DNA from: Candidatus Levybacteria bacterium GW2011_GWA1_37_16
Lineage (GTDB): Bacteria; Patescibacteriota; Microgenomatia; Levybacterales; UBA12049
Direction: 5' to 3'
DNA: 64,000 bases
NCBI GenBank assembly: GCA_943357985.1
Contig: CALRGR010000002.1
Span: 306-64,305 of the forward strand
The translations under genes and the position numbers were made by a program. The notes under the pieces were generated by a model, which did not search any database, was not told the origin of the DNA, and saw nothing but the letters and a program-made list of their open reading frames with translations. Numbering within the stretch: position 1 is the stretch's first letter; each line of letters opens with the position of its first letter. Below are positions 47,411-56,587 of this stretch, one piece after another.

Positions 47411-47513
47411 CACCCTCTTTTGCTGAAGCTTCAGTTGGCGAGGCCAAGTGCTAGTTTTTTATGCCCATTCGCAGTCGAAAACTGCTCAGGACATAATAAG
47501 TTATAATTGAATT

Positions 47514-48221
47514 ATGGCAAACGGCTATACAGAAAAGATTGTAATGTCCATTGGGGGCTCCCTTGTTGTTCCCGACGGAGGAATTGATACAGATTTCCTT
47601 TCAAGACTTAATAAATTTATCCGTGAACATCTGGCTAAAAATCCCCACCGCCAGTTTTTTTTGGTTATAGGAGGAGGTTCAATTGCCCGTAACTACCGTG
47701 ATGCAGGCAGGGATGTTATAGGTCATGAGCTAAACCGTGATGATTTGGACTGGCTTGGAATTCATGCAACAAAATTAAACGCGCATTTAGTCCGCACCAT
47801 TTTTAGAGATATTGCACATCCATATGTTATTAAGCATTACGAAATTATAAGAAAGGCAACAGAGCCTGTTGTTGTTGCCGCAGGATGGAAGCCGGGTTGG
47901 TCAACTGACTATTGCGCTGCTCTTTTATGTGAGGATTATGGAATAAAATCAATGATAAATCTTTCAAATGTTGATAAAGTTTATGACAAAGATCCTAAGC
48001 AATTTGAAGATGCAAAGCCGATGGACAAGATATCTTGGTTAGAGTTCAGGAAAATAGTTGGAGATGAATGGAAGCCCGGAATGAATGTGCCTTTTGATCC
48101 TATTGCCGCACAAAAATCAGAAGAATTAGAACTTAAAGTTGCAGTTTTGAATGGAAATAACTTTGAAAATGTTGCTAAATATATAGCTGGTGAAAATTTT
48201 GTGGGAACTGTGATAAAGTAG
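47514..48221 (+). CDS. pyrH: UMP kinase (amino-acid kinase family)
   Basis: KIVMSIGGSLV...LVIGGGSIARNY...VVVAAGW pattern. Confidence 0.7.
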   Translation: MANGYTEKIVMSIGGSLVVPDGGIDTDFLSRLNKFIREHLAKNPHRQFFLVIGGGSIARNYRDAGRDVIGHELNRDDLDWLGIHATKLNAHLVRTIFRDIAHPYVIKHYEIIRKATEPVVVAAGWKPGWSTDYCAALLCEDYGIKSMINLSNVDKVYDKDPKQFEDAKPMDKISWLEFRKIVGDEWKPGMNVPFDPIAAQKSEELELKVAVLNGNNFENVAKYIAGENFVGTVIK

Positions 48222-48229
48222 AGGGCGCA

Positions 48230-49291
48230 ATGTTACTTAAAAGTTTAGCTCTCTCAAGCTTTAGAAACCATCCAAAAGCCTCGTTTGAATTTTCCAATAA
48301 AACTACTTTTATAGTGGGTCCCAATACTTCCGGTAAGACAAATCTTTTAGAATCTATCTCATATTTAACAACCGGGAAAAGTTTTAAAGGTGCAAAAGAT
48401 GAGGATGTAGTAAAAAAAGGTGAAGGTGTGGTAAAGATTAAAGGTGAAACATCGGATGTTGAGCTTGAAGTTTTAATGGTTGCTGGTTCTTCTGAGCAAG
48501 AAAGAGTGAGGAAGAAATATTTGGTCAACGGAGTTTCAAAAAGTAGAATAAATTTTTCAGGAAACTTGACTTCAATAATATTTTCCCCATCGGATTTGGA
48601 CATAATAACTGGTTCACCGCATTTAAGACGGGAGTTCTTGGATGCAGTTTTGGAGCAATCGGACAAAGATTATAGGTACGCAAGTTCCGCTTATGTAAAA
48701 GCCCTAAGGCAAAGAAACGCGCTTTTGGATTTGGCGAGAGGCACGGGACAAAGAAATGAAAAACAATTTGACTATTGGGATACGCTTCTTATAAATACGG
48801 GTTCGATTGTTACTCAAAAAAGAGAAGAGTTTATTGAGTTTATAAATAAGGCCAAAAAAGATATTTTTGACTTTATTGTCACTTATGATAAAAGTGTTAT
48901 TTCGGAGGCTAGGCTATTGCAATATAAAGATGCGGAACTCTCTTCGGCCGTGACTTTGGTTGGCCCGCATAGAGATGATTTTGCGGTCTCGATGTTTGAC
49001 AATGCAACAAATGCAACATCAGATGTAAAGAGTTTTGGTTCAAGAGGGCAACAGCGTCTCGTTATCTTACAGCTCAAGCTTTTACAGCTTGATTTTATAG
49101 AAAAAACGCTCGGTCATCGTCCGTTACTCCTTCTTGATGATATATTCTCCGAGCTTGACGGTGGCCACATAAAACTAGTAACGGAAATGATAGATAAACA
49201 GCAGTCTATAGTGACCACAACGCATAGGGAGTTCATAGGCAGTAAATTAAAAGGCTCTGTGATAGAATTGAAAAAAGATGGAAAAGTTTGA
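48230..49291 (+). CDS. recF: DNA replication and repair protein RecF
   Basis: LSSFRNH...FIVGPNTSGKTNLLESI (Walker A), C-terminal LLLDDIFSELD (Walker B). Confidence 0.85.
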   Translation: MLLKSLALSSFRNHPKASFEFSNKTTFIVGPNTSGKTNLLESISYLTTGKSFKGAKDEDVVKKGEGVVKIKGETSDVELEVLMVAGSSEQERVRKKYLVNGVSKSRINFSGNLTSIIFSPSDLDIITGSPHLRREFLDAVLEQSDKDYRYASSAYVKALRQRNALLDLARGTGQRNEKQFDYWDTLLINTGSIVTQKREEFIEFINKAKKDIFDFIVTYDKSVISEARLLQYKDAELSSAVTLVGPHRDDFAVSMFDNATNATSDVKSFGSRGQQRLVILQLKLLQLDFIEKTLGHRPLLLLDDIFSELDGGHIKLVTEMIDKQQSIVTTTHREFIGSKLKGSVIELKKDGKV

Positions 49292-50093
49292 TAGTTCGGT
49301 ACTAAAAAACCTATACAAACCGGAGCACGATTCTCATAAGGGACAGAATGGGAAACTTCTTTTAATTGGTGGTTCAAAACTCTTTCATGCAGCATCTCTA
49401 TGGTCACTACAGGTTGCATCGCGAATTGTAGATATGGTTTTTTATGCTTCAATTCCTGAAAATAATCAATTGGTACAAGCCGCAAAAGAGGAATTTAGAA
49501 ATGGAATTGTAATTCCGCGTTCAAAAATCGATGATTATATAAAAGAGGTTGATTGCATCTTGATTGGTCCGGGGCTTCCGCGTGAGAGTGGAATTGAAGA
49601 AGGGGATGATGATACAAAAGAGTTAACGGAAACCCTTCTTAAGGCATACCCGGACAAGAAATGGGTAATAGACGGAGGAAGTTTGCAGGTTATCTCGCCT
49701 CAAGTTTTGCCAAAGAATGCAATTGTGACGCCTCACCACATGGAGTTTGAAAAGTTGTTTGGAACAGCGGGTAATGAAAATACAATTGTGGAAATGGCAA
49801 AGAAATATAACGTAGTAATTTTGGCGAAGGGGGAGAGGGACATTGTTGCCTCGCCGAGTGAGTCGGTCGAAATCTCTGGCGGTAATGAAGGGATGACAAA
49901 GGGCGGAACAGGAGACGTTTTAGCGGGACTCGTAGGAGCATTATATTGTAAGAATGATGCATTTTTGGCCGCAAGTGCGGGAAGTTATATAAACAAAAAA
50001 GCAGGAGATTCTCTGTTCACGAAGGTCGGACCTTATTTCAGCGCCTCAGACCTCGCTTTCGAAATCCCTCAATTAATGAAAAGATTGATTTAG
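49278..50093 (+). CDS. nnrD: ADP-dependent NAD(P)H-hydrate dehydratase (YjeF C-terminal domain family)
   Basis: HKGQNGKLLLIGGS...GGTGDVLAGLVGAL. Confidence 0.75.
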   Translation: MEKFDSSVLKNLYKPEHDSHKGQNGKLLLIGGSKLFHAASLWSLQVASRIVDMVFYASIPENNQLVQAAKEEFRNGIVIPRSKIDDYIKEVDCILIGPGLPRESGIEEGDDDTKELTETLLKAYPDKKWVIDGGSLQVISPQVLPKNAIVTPHHMEFEKLFGTAGNENTIVEMAKKYNVVILAKGERDIVASPSESVEISGGNEGMTKGGTGDVLAGLVGALYCKNDAFLAASAGSYINKKAGDSLFTKVGPYFSASDLAFEIPQLMKRLI

Positions 50094-50120
50094 TTATTAT
50101 TTTGTTGTATATTTTTCGTT

Positions 50121-50354
50121 ATGGTTGAAAATAATAACGGTAAGTCTAATCCAAATATTCCATGGCGTCGTCTTTCAGATGGTACAAAAATAGTTGATGC
50201 AGAGTTTTTCACTAGGGTTTGGTCTGATTACCAAGATAGAATAGATAATCCTGTTCAAAAGCCTCCAAAGACAATAGAGCAAGAAAGACAGGAAAGATTG
50301 GATTCTGGTCATGCAAGAGTTATTGAACCTCGAATTAAGTTTCGTACTAGATAG
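50121..50354 (+). CDS. Hypothetical small protein
   Basis: ORF track only. Confidence 0.25.
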   Translation: MVENNNGKSNPNIPWRRLSDGTKIVDAEFFTRVWSDYQDRIDNPVQKPPKTIEQERQERLDSGHARVIEPRIKFRTR

Positions 50355-50621
50355 TTAATTTTCGTTTTGTAGTTTTTCGGAGAGAGAAGAGAGTTGGTAA
50401 GTTACAAAAACTGCAAGTCCCGTTATAACCAAAGCATAAATAAGAAGAGAAATGATTCCACTTTCCGGAAACCACTTTCTGATGTAGTTATTTACAAATT
50501 CCTGAATAAGATTATTCCAAGCAAGCGCTGCTACAAGGCCAAAACCGCTTGTTGCAAGGATTAGCATTTGTCTCACAAGCTCTACATGGAGTCTTTTCTT
50601 GCTTCGGGAATTATTCGGCAT
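50355..50621 (-). CDS. Small membrane protein (two TM helices), hypothetical
   Basis: ORF track; hydrophobic profile. Confidence 0.35.
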   Translation of the reverse strand: MPNNSRSKKRLHVELVRQMLILATSGFGLVAALAWNNLIQEFVNNYIRKWFPESGIISLLIYALVITGLAVFVTYQLSSLSEKLQNEN

Positions 50622-50693
50622 ATAATGATATAATTATAGCAGTTTTACTAAGCAACTAGCCACTAGTAGCTAGAAACTAGTCGCTGCATTTCT

Positions 50694-51740
50694 ATGTACA
50701 TACCTAAATTTGCTATTACTAACAGGATACTAAAGAATATTGGGATTATTGAAGCCTCAAAAGAGGTTATAGATCACGCGCCACTTCTTCCGTATTATGA
50801 GAAAAGATTTCAAAATGAAGCAATAGTAAGAGCCGTTCATTTTGGAACTCATATTGAGGGAAATGAACTCAATCTTTCTCAGGCGGAAAAAGTTTTAGAG
50901 GGTATAGATGTTGTCGGCCGGGACCGGGATATTCAAGAAGTTATAAATTACAGAAAAGCAATGGATTTTATAGGAGTTGAAGAGAATGAGAAGAATATAG
51001 TTTCGGAAGAGCTGATAAGATACATCCATAAATTGACAGTTAATAAAATTTTAGAGTCTGGACAATGTGGAGAGTTTAGAAAAACTCAGGTTGTAGTCAA
51101 AAATAGCGCAACTGGGGAAGTTTCATTTCGTCCGCCACTTGCCATAGCTATTCCTTTCCAAGTTAAGGATCTTTTGGCATTCATAAATAGCTCGGAGGAT
51201 TTGGATACTCATCCTGTTTTGAGTAGTGGAATTGTTCATTATGAGCTGGTAAGAATTCATCCATTTATTGATGGAAATGGGCGAGTAGCCCGTGCTTTAT
51301 CAACCCTTATCCTTTTTCAAAACGGTTATGACATAAGAAAATTCTTTTCTTTGGAGGAATACTTTGATTCCGACTCCGGCGCATATTACGAAGCACTCCA
51401 AAGCGTTGAAAAGAATGGGGGAGATTTAACCCGATGGCTTGAATACTTTACTCAGGGGTTAGCAATAGAACTGTCAAAGATAAAAGAAAAGGTAGAAAGA
51501 GTGTCAATTGATGCAAAGCTTAAATCAAAACTTGGCGGTACACCACTAATGCTTTCGGAGCGTCAGCTCAAGATTATTGAATATATTCAAAAAACAGGAC
51601 ACTTGCAGAATAAAGGATTTCCACAGCTTTTTCCAATGGTATCCGAGGACACAATTCTAAACGAATTGAAAGCTCTTATAAAGAATGGTATTATCACCAA
51701 GAGCGGAAGCACCAAGGGCGCAAAGTATATAATGAAATAA
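50694..51740 (+). CDS. Fic-family protein (AMPylation domain) with a C-terminal winged-helix
   Basis: Canonical FIC motif HPFIDGNGRVARAL; an N-terminal THIEGN segment resembles the class II inhibitory helix. Confidence 0.85.
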   Translation: MYIPKFAITNRILKNIGIIEASKEVIDHAPLLPYYEKRFQNEAIVRAVHFGTHIEGNELNLSQAEKVLEGIDVVGRDRDIQEVINYRKAMDFIGVEENEKNIVSEELIRYIHKLTVNKILESGQCGEFRKTQVVVKNSATGEVSFRPPLAIAIPFQVKDLLAFINSSEDLDTHPVLSSGIVHYELVRIHPFIDGNGRVARALSTLILFQNGYDIRKFFSLEEYFDSDSGAYYEALQSVEKNGGDLTRWLEYFTQGLAIELSKIKEKVERVSIDAKLKSKLGGTPLMLSERQLKIIEYIQKTGHLQNKGFPQLFPMVSEDTILNELKALIKNGIITKSGSTKGAKYIMK

Positions 51741-51866
51741 TATGGGTGAAGGACAAGACAATAAAGAAGTAAAAGAAAAAGAAGAATTATTAGATATATT
51801 TGGCTCCTATATTCTGAAGCCGACAGAAGCGGTAGGGAAGCCACGCGTTTTGTCATTTAAATTTGT

Positions 51867-53642
51867 ATGACGTTTAAAAATTTATCCTTATATCTTGAAA
51901 AACTTGATAATACTTCATCCCGTCTTGCTTTGATAGACATACTTTCAGACCTATTCAAAAGTTCTTCAAAGGCAGAAATTTCCATGATTTGCTACTTGGT
52001 TCAAGGGAGAATTGCTCCATTTTTTAAGCCTGTTGAGATTGGAATGGCAGAAAAAACAGTAGCCCAGTCTATTGCCATTTCCTACGGTAGTTCGAAAGAT
52101 GAGGTTTTAAAACTTTATGGAAAACTTGGGGACATGGGACTAGTTGCTTCGCAACTTAATTCAAAATTCAAAGTTCAGAATTCAAAATTAACAGTAGCAC
52201 AAGTTTTTGAAATTTTAACTCAAATTGCAGGTACAAATGGGGAGGGGACAGTGGAGAAGAGGCTAAAACTTCTCTCTGACTTATTAAAGAAACTCGACTC
52301 AATCTCGGCAAAATATCTTGTTAGAATCCCTCTCGGAAATTTGCGTTTGGGAATTGGCGATCCCACAATTTTAGAAGGTCTTTCTGTGGCAAAATTTAAT
52401 GATAGGAGCAAGAAAAAGATATTGGAGGGGGCATATAACAGGACTTCCGATTTGGGGCTAATTGCGCAGATTTTATGGGAAAAGGGACTGCCGGCTGTTG
52501 AAAAGCTTGAGGTAAAAGTCGGATATCCAATTAGGTCTGAACTTTGCGAAAGGCTTCCGACCCCTCAAAAAGCAATTGAAAAGATGGGAACCGTTGACGT
52601 GCAGTATAAATATGATGGTTTTAGGGTTCAAATCCACAAAGACGGAGACAATGTTTCTATGTTTTCCAGAAATCTTGAAAATATGACTCATATGTTCCCT
52701 GAGCTTATTGAGGGAACACTAAAGCAAGTAAAAGCAAAAACTGCGATTTTAGATTCGGAAGCTCTTGCATACAGCCCTGAGTCTGAAGAATTTTTGCCTT
52801 TTCAGGAAACAACAAAAAGAAGAAGAAAGCACGGAATTGAGGAAATGGCTGCAAAACTTCCTCTTAAAGCATTTGTTTTTGACATTTTATATAAAGACGG
52901 AAAATCTTTAATAGATAGCCCATTGACGGAGCGCATTAAAGCTTTAAAAAGCACGATTGAAGAGGATGGAACGCTTATTCCGACAATTACTCAGACAATT
53001 TCAGACCCCAAAGAGTTGGGAATTATGTTGGAAGATGCAATTTCCAAAGGTTTGGAAGGAGTTGTTATTAAGAAACTGGATAGTAAATATGAAGCTGGAG
53101 GACGTAATTTTAATTGGGTAAAGCTTAAAAGGCATTCGGCTGGAGAATTGCACGACACTATTGATTGCGTAATTTTGGGATATATTTTTGGAAAAGGTAA
53201 GAGGGCGGATTTTGGAGCCGGAGCGCTTTTGGTTGGTGTTTATGATAGTAAAAAAGATGAATTTGTTACTGTTTCAAGAATTGGAACAGGCCTTACGGAT
53301 GATGAATGGCGCGAAATTCACAAAAGAGCGGACAAAATAAAAGTTGATCATAAACCTGCGCGTGTCAGCTCGCTTATTACGCCTTCTGTTTGGATTAGAC
53401 CGGAGATTGTAATTGAAGTATTAGCGGATGAAATAACCCGTTCCCCAATTCACACGGCCGGTCGTTCGACTCTGAGGGATGAGCCCTCAGGCTCAGACTC
53501 GAAGAGCAAGACCGAAACAGAGCCCGGATATGCTTTGCGTTTTCCAAGGCTTGTCTCTTTTAGAGATAAAGATAAGAAAGCAGAAGACGCAACATCTGTT
53601 AAAGAACTCGCCGAGATGTTTTTCCAGCAGTATAAAAAGTAA
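51867..53642 (+). CDS. ATP-dependent DNA ligase
   Basis: Adenylation motif I VQYKYDGFR (KxDG), OB-fold region, N-terminal DNA-binding domain. Confidence 0.85.
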   Translation: MTFKNLSLYLEKLDNTSSRLALIDILSDLFKSSSKAEISMICYLVQGRIAPFFKPVEIGMAEKTVAQSIAISYGSSKDEVLKLYGKLGDMGLVASQLNSKFKVQNSKLTVAQVFEILTQIAGTNGEGTVEKRLKLLSDLLKKLDSISAKYLVRIPLGNLRLGIGDPTILEGLSVAKFNDRSKKKILEGAYNRTSDLGLIAQILWEKGLPAVEKLEVKVGYPIRSELCERLPTPQKAIEKMGTVDVQYKYDGFRVQIHKDGDNVSMFSRNLENMTHMFPELIEGTLKQVKAKTAILDSEALAYSPESEEFLPFQETTKRRRKHGIEEMAAKLPLKAFVFDILYKDGKSLIDSPLTERIKALKSTIEEDGTLIPTITQTISDPKELGIMLEDAISKGLEGVVIKKLDSKYEAGGRNFNWVKLKRHSAGELHDTIDCVILGYIFGKGKRADFGAGALLVGVYDSKKDEFVTVSRIGTGLTDDEWREIHKRADKIKVDHKPARVSSLITPSVWIRPEIVIEVLADEITRSPIHTAGRSTLRDEPSGSDSKSKTETEPGYALRFPRLVSFRDKDKKAEDATSVKELAEMFFQQYKK

Positions 53643-53672
53643 ATTAAATTTTTGTGTTAGAATAAACTCCAA

Positions 53673-54983
53673 GTGGAATTTGTAACAGATTTACATTTGC
53701 ATAGTAAATACTCCAGGGCTGTTTCTCCAAGCATGACGCTTCCTTTTATGGCTGCGTGGGCAGTAAAAAAGGGAATAGATGTTTTGTCAGCAACGGATTT
53801 TACACATCCATTGTGGTTTAAGGAAATTAAAGCTTTGCTAGAAGAAGATGGGGAAGGAGTTTATAAACTAAAAAATATCGATAACAAGACGAAATTTATG
53901 CTTTCAACAGAAATTGCGAGCATTTTTAAGCAAGGAGAAAAACTAAGAAGAATTCATAATTTATTGTTTGCGCCAAATTTAGAAATCGCTGAAAAAATTA
54001 ACAAAGAATTAATAAGAAGAGGTTGTAATATTGCGTCTGACGGTAGACCGATTGTTGGCCTTTCCTCAAAACAGCTTTTGGAAATGGCGCTGTCTATTGA
54101 CAAAAAAGTCATTCTTATTCCGTGTCACGTCTGGACACCTCACTTTGGACTTTACGGTTCTGCAAGCGGCTTTGATACTATAGAGGAAGCATTTGGCGAT
54201 CTCTCAAAATACATCTACGGAATTGAAACGGGAATTTCCTCTGATCCTTTTATGAATTGGCAGATTCCTGAGCTTGAAAAGCGCGCAATACTTTCTTTTT
54301 CCGATGCTCATTCTGCCCCAAAAATGGGAAGAGAAGCAACGGTTTTTAAATTGCCAAAATTATCATATTCTGAATTTGGAAAAGCCCTTGCAATGCTAGA
54401 TGAAGAATCAAAAGTTTCTCATACGATTGAATTTTATCCTGAAGAAGGGAAATATCATTACACCGGACACAGGAATTGTGGAGTTTCTCTTTCCCCAAAA
54501 GATGTAAAAGAAAAAGGAGCAATTTGTCCTGTTTGCAAAAGAAAATTAATAGAGGGAGTAATGTTTAGAGTCCAGCAGGTTGCAGGCCGTGAGGTTTCAA
54601 CCGATGAGCCGATTCCTCAACCGGATGAAAATGGAGTCAATTGGATAAAAGATCCAAAAAATATTCATCCTCCTTTTGTAAAACTTGTACCACTTCTTGA
54701 AATTGTTGCCGAAGGTCTTGACTCGACGACCTCGTCTGAAAAAGTAAAGATGCTTTTTGATAAATTATGCGATGAACTCGGCTCAGAACTTAAAGTATTG
54801 TTAAAAACTCCGCTGGATGACATAAAAAGAGTTGGGGGAGAGAGAGTTGCCGAGGGAGTTTTGAAAGTAAGACGTGGAGATATCTCAATTACGCCCGGAT
54901 TTGATGGTGAATATGGAAAAGTTGCAATATGGTCCGCCTCGTCCGGCGAGCGGGCGAGTCGAGACGGGTCCGATAAAATTTAA
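53673..54983 (+). CDS. PHP-domain protein with an internal Zn ribbon; endonuclease Q-like (TIGR00375-type), putative
   Basis: N-terminal DLHLHSKYS (a PHP motif), CPVCKRK Zn-binding segment, ~436 aa like EndoQ; lies next to the DNA ligase. Confidence 0.45.
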   Translation: MEFVTDLHLHSKYSRAVSPSMTLPFMAAWAVKKGIDVLSATDFTHPLWFKEIKALLEEDGEGVYKLKNIDNKTKFMLSTEIASIFKQGEKLRRIHNLLFAPNLEIAEKINKELIRRGCNIASDGRPIVGLSSKQLLEMALSIDKKVILIPCHVWTPHFGLYGSASGFDTIEEAFGDLSKYIYGIETGISSDPFMNWQIPELEKRAILSFSDAHSAPKMGREATVFKLPKLSYSEFGKALAMLDEESKVSHTIEFYPEEGKYHYTGHRNCGVSLSPKDVKEKGAICPVCKRKLIEGVMFRVQQVAGREVSTDEPIPQPDENGVNWIKDPKNIHPPFVKLVPLLEIVAEGLDSTTSSEKVKMLFDKLCDELGSELKVLLKTPLDDIKRVGGERVAEGVLKVRRGDISITPGFDGEYGKVAIWSASSGERASRDGSDKI

Positions 54984-55028
54984 GAAGTTAAGAAAGAGCA
55001 AATAGAACTTTTCTGATATAATCCGAAT

Positions 55029-55658
55029 ATGAAATTAATAGTGGGGCTTGGTAATCCGGGAGAGAAATACGCAAAAACACGTCATAACTTGGGGTTTATG
55101 ATTGTTGATCAGTTTTTGAAAGATTTTGAGCCTCAAAAAGATACCGTTTGGAATGATAGTAAAAAATTCAAAAGTGATATTGCCCAGATAGAATGGCACC
55201 GCCGTTCGGCAGGTTCGTCAAGCTCACTGCGAGCAAGCTCAGGCCAAGCAATCATGGAAAAAGTTATTCTTGTTAAGCCTAAAACCTACATGAATAACTC
55301 CGGCATGGCTGTTTCTCTTATTTCAAAGTTTTATAAAATTAAACCTGAAGATATTTGGATTGTCCATGACGATATAGATTTTCAAGTTGGAAATTTAAAA
55401 ATCAGATTTGGTGGAGGAGACGCAGGGCACAATGGAGTTGCGTCAGTTACAAAGAGTCTTGGTACGGATAAATTTTGGAGAGTAAGGCTTGGAATTGAAT
55501 TTGGGGAAAAGATTGTTGTGGAAGATTTTGTTTTGCGAAATTTTTCGCCCAAAGAGAAGGGGAAAGTTAAAAAAGTTATAAAAAATGCATCAGATGCTTT
55601 GCAAGAAGTTTTAGAAAATGGAACAGACGTTGCAATGAACAAATTTAATACAAGGTGA
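55029..55658 (+). CDS. pth: Peptidyl-tRNA hydrolase, with a ~19-aa Ser/Ala-rich in-frame insertion
   Basis: MKLIVGLGNPGEKYAKTRHNLGF...HDDIDF...GHNG; extra segment HRRSAGSSSSLRASSGQA relative to E. coli Pth. Confidence 0.85.
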   Translation: MKLIVGLGNPGEKYAKTRHNLGFMIVDQFLKDFEPQKDTVWNDSKKFKSDIAQIEWHRRSAGSSSSLRASSGQAIMEKVILVKPKTYMNNSGMAVSLISKFYKIKPEDIWIVHDDIDFQVGNLKIRFGGGDAGHNGVASVTKSLGTDKFWRVRLGIEFGEKIVVEDFVLRNFSPKEKGKVKKVIKNASDALQEVLENGTDVAMNKFNTR

Positions 55659-55685
55659 CCCATTCGACTAATCCTCAGGGTCATA

Positions 55686-55985
55686 GTGAGTGAAATCGAA
55701 TCTATGAAGACGGTTAAACAAATTCTAGAAAACTTTTCGCCTGTTGAGGATAAATATATTTCCCGTGAATTTCAGTCCTTTGGTATCTATTTGGCAGAAC
55801 AGCTTGATGATTATAAGCATAGAGCGCTTTTTATAAAATTGGCAAAGACTGTTCATCGTTCAATTTTAGAAAAAGCTCTTTCTTTTGCCGTAGACAGCAA
55901 TGCAAGAAATAAAGGTGCACTTTTCATGTGGAAGCTTAAGGAATTTAAAGAGGTGGTAAAAGGCAAACAAAATGTTAAAAAATAA
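55686..55985 (+). CDS. Hypothetical protein
   Basis: ORF track only. Confidence 0.3.
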   Translation: MSEIESMKTVKQILENFSPVEDKYISREFQSFGIYLAEQLDDYKHRALFIKLAKTVHRSILEKALSFAVDSNARNKGALFMWKLKEFKEVVKGKQNVKK

Positions 55986-56493
55986 ATATACTCTCTATTT
56001 TCTCACCTTTGGCTCTTCAATACTCTTGATTATCCTTACTTTTTTATTTCAGGATAAACTTATTCATCTAAAAACGTGGGGAATATTGGGAGTATTTCTC
56101 ATCAATTTTTTCTCAACCGCTACTCTTTTTGTGCCTAACTTTTCCCTTGTAACAGTTATAGCGGGTGGGTCAGTTTACAATCCAATCTTGGTTGCTATTG
56201 TGGCAACTTTGGGAGGAGTTTTGGGGGACTCAACTAGTTATTTATTGGGGCATAGTGGTAAACATATATTTGTAAGGCATGAAAGTGAATTGTTCCAAAA
56301 AGTAGTGCGCGTTTTTGATAGACATGGATTAATTGTTATTTTTGCTCTTGCGCTTATTCCAAATCCTATCTTTGATGCAATTGGAATTATGGCTGGAAGT
56401 ACTGGTTATAATTTCAAGAGATATATGGTAGCTATGTTTGCAGGAAGAATTATAAGAAACCTACTTCTTGCTTATGTCGGTAAGGCTCTATGA
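55972..56493 (+). CDS. DedA/TVP38-family membrane protein
   Basis: Polytopic; ...GGVLGDSTSYLLGHSGK... motif. Confidence 0.6.
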   Translation: MLKNKYTLYFLTFGSSILLIILTFLFQDKLIHLKTWGILGVFLINFFSTATLFVPNFSLVTVIAGGSVYNPILVAIVATLGGVLGDSTSYLLGHSGKHIFVRHESELFQKVVRVFDRHGLIVIFALALIPNPIFDAIGIMAGSTGYNFKRYMVAMFAGRIIRNLLLAYVGKAL

Positions 56494-56551
56494 CACATTC
56501 GATACATTCGATAAAGCTCAGGGTCTTCGTCACCAAGTCAGACTTGGCTCC

Positions 56552-56580
56552 TTGACAAATGCAACTTAGTTGCATATAAT
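56552..56580 (+). promoter_or_regulatory. Consensus sigma70 promoter (TTGACA-17 nt-TATAAT) whose spacer is a perfect 17-bp palindrome ATGCAACTtAGTTGCAT; candidate Zur/Fur operator
   Basis: TTGACA at 56552-57; palindrome at 56559-75; TATAAT at 56575-80; ATG 7 nt downstream. Confidence 0.65.
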
Positions 56581-56587
56581 CATTAAG

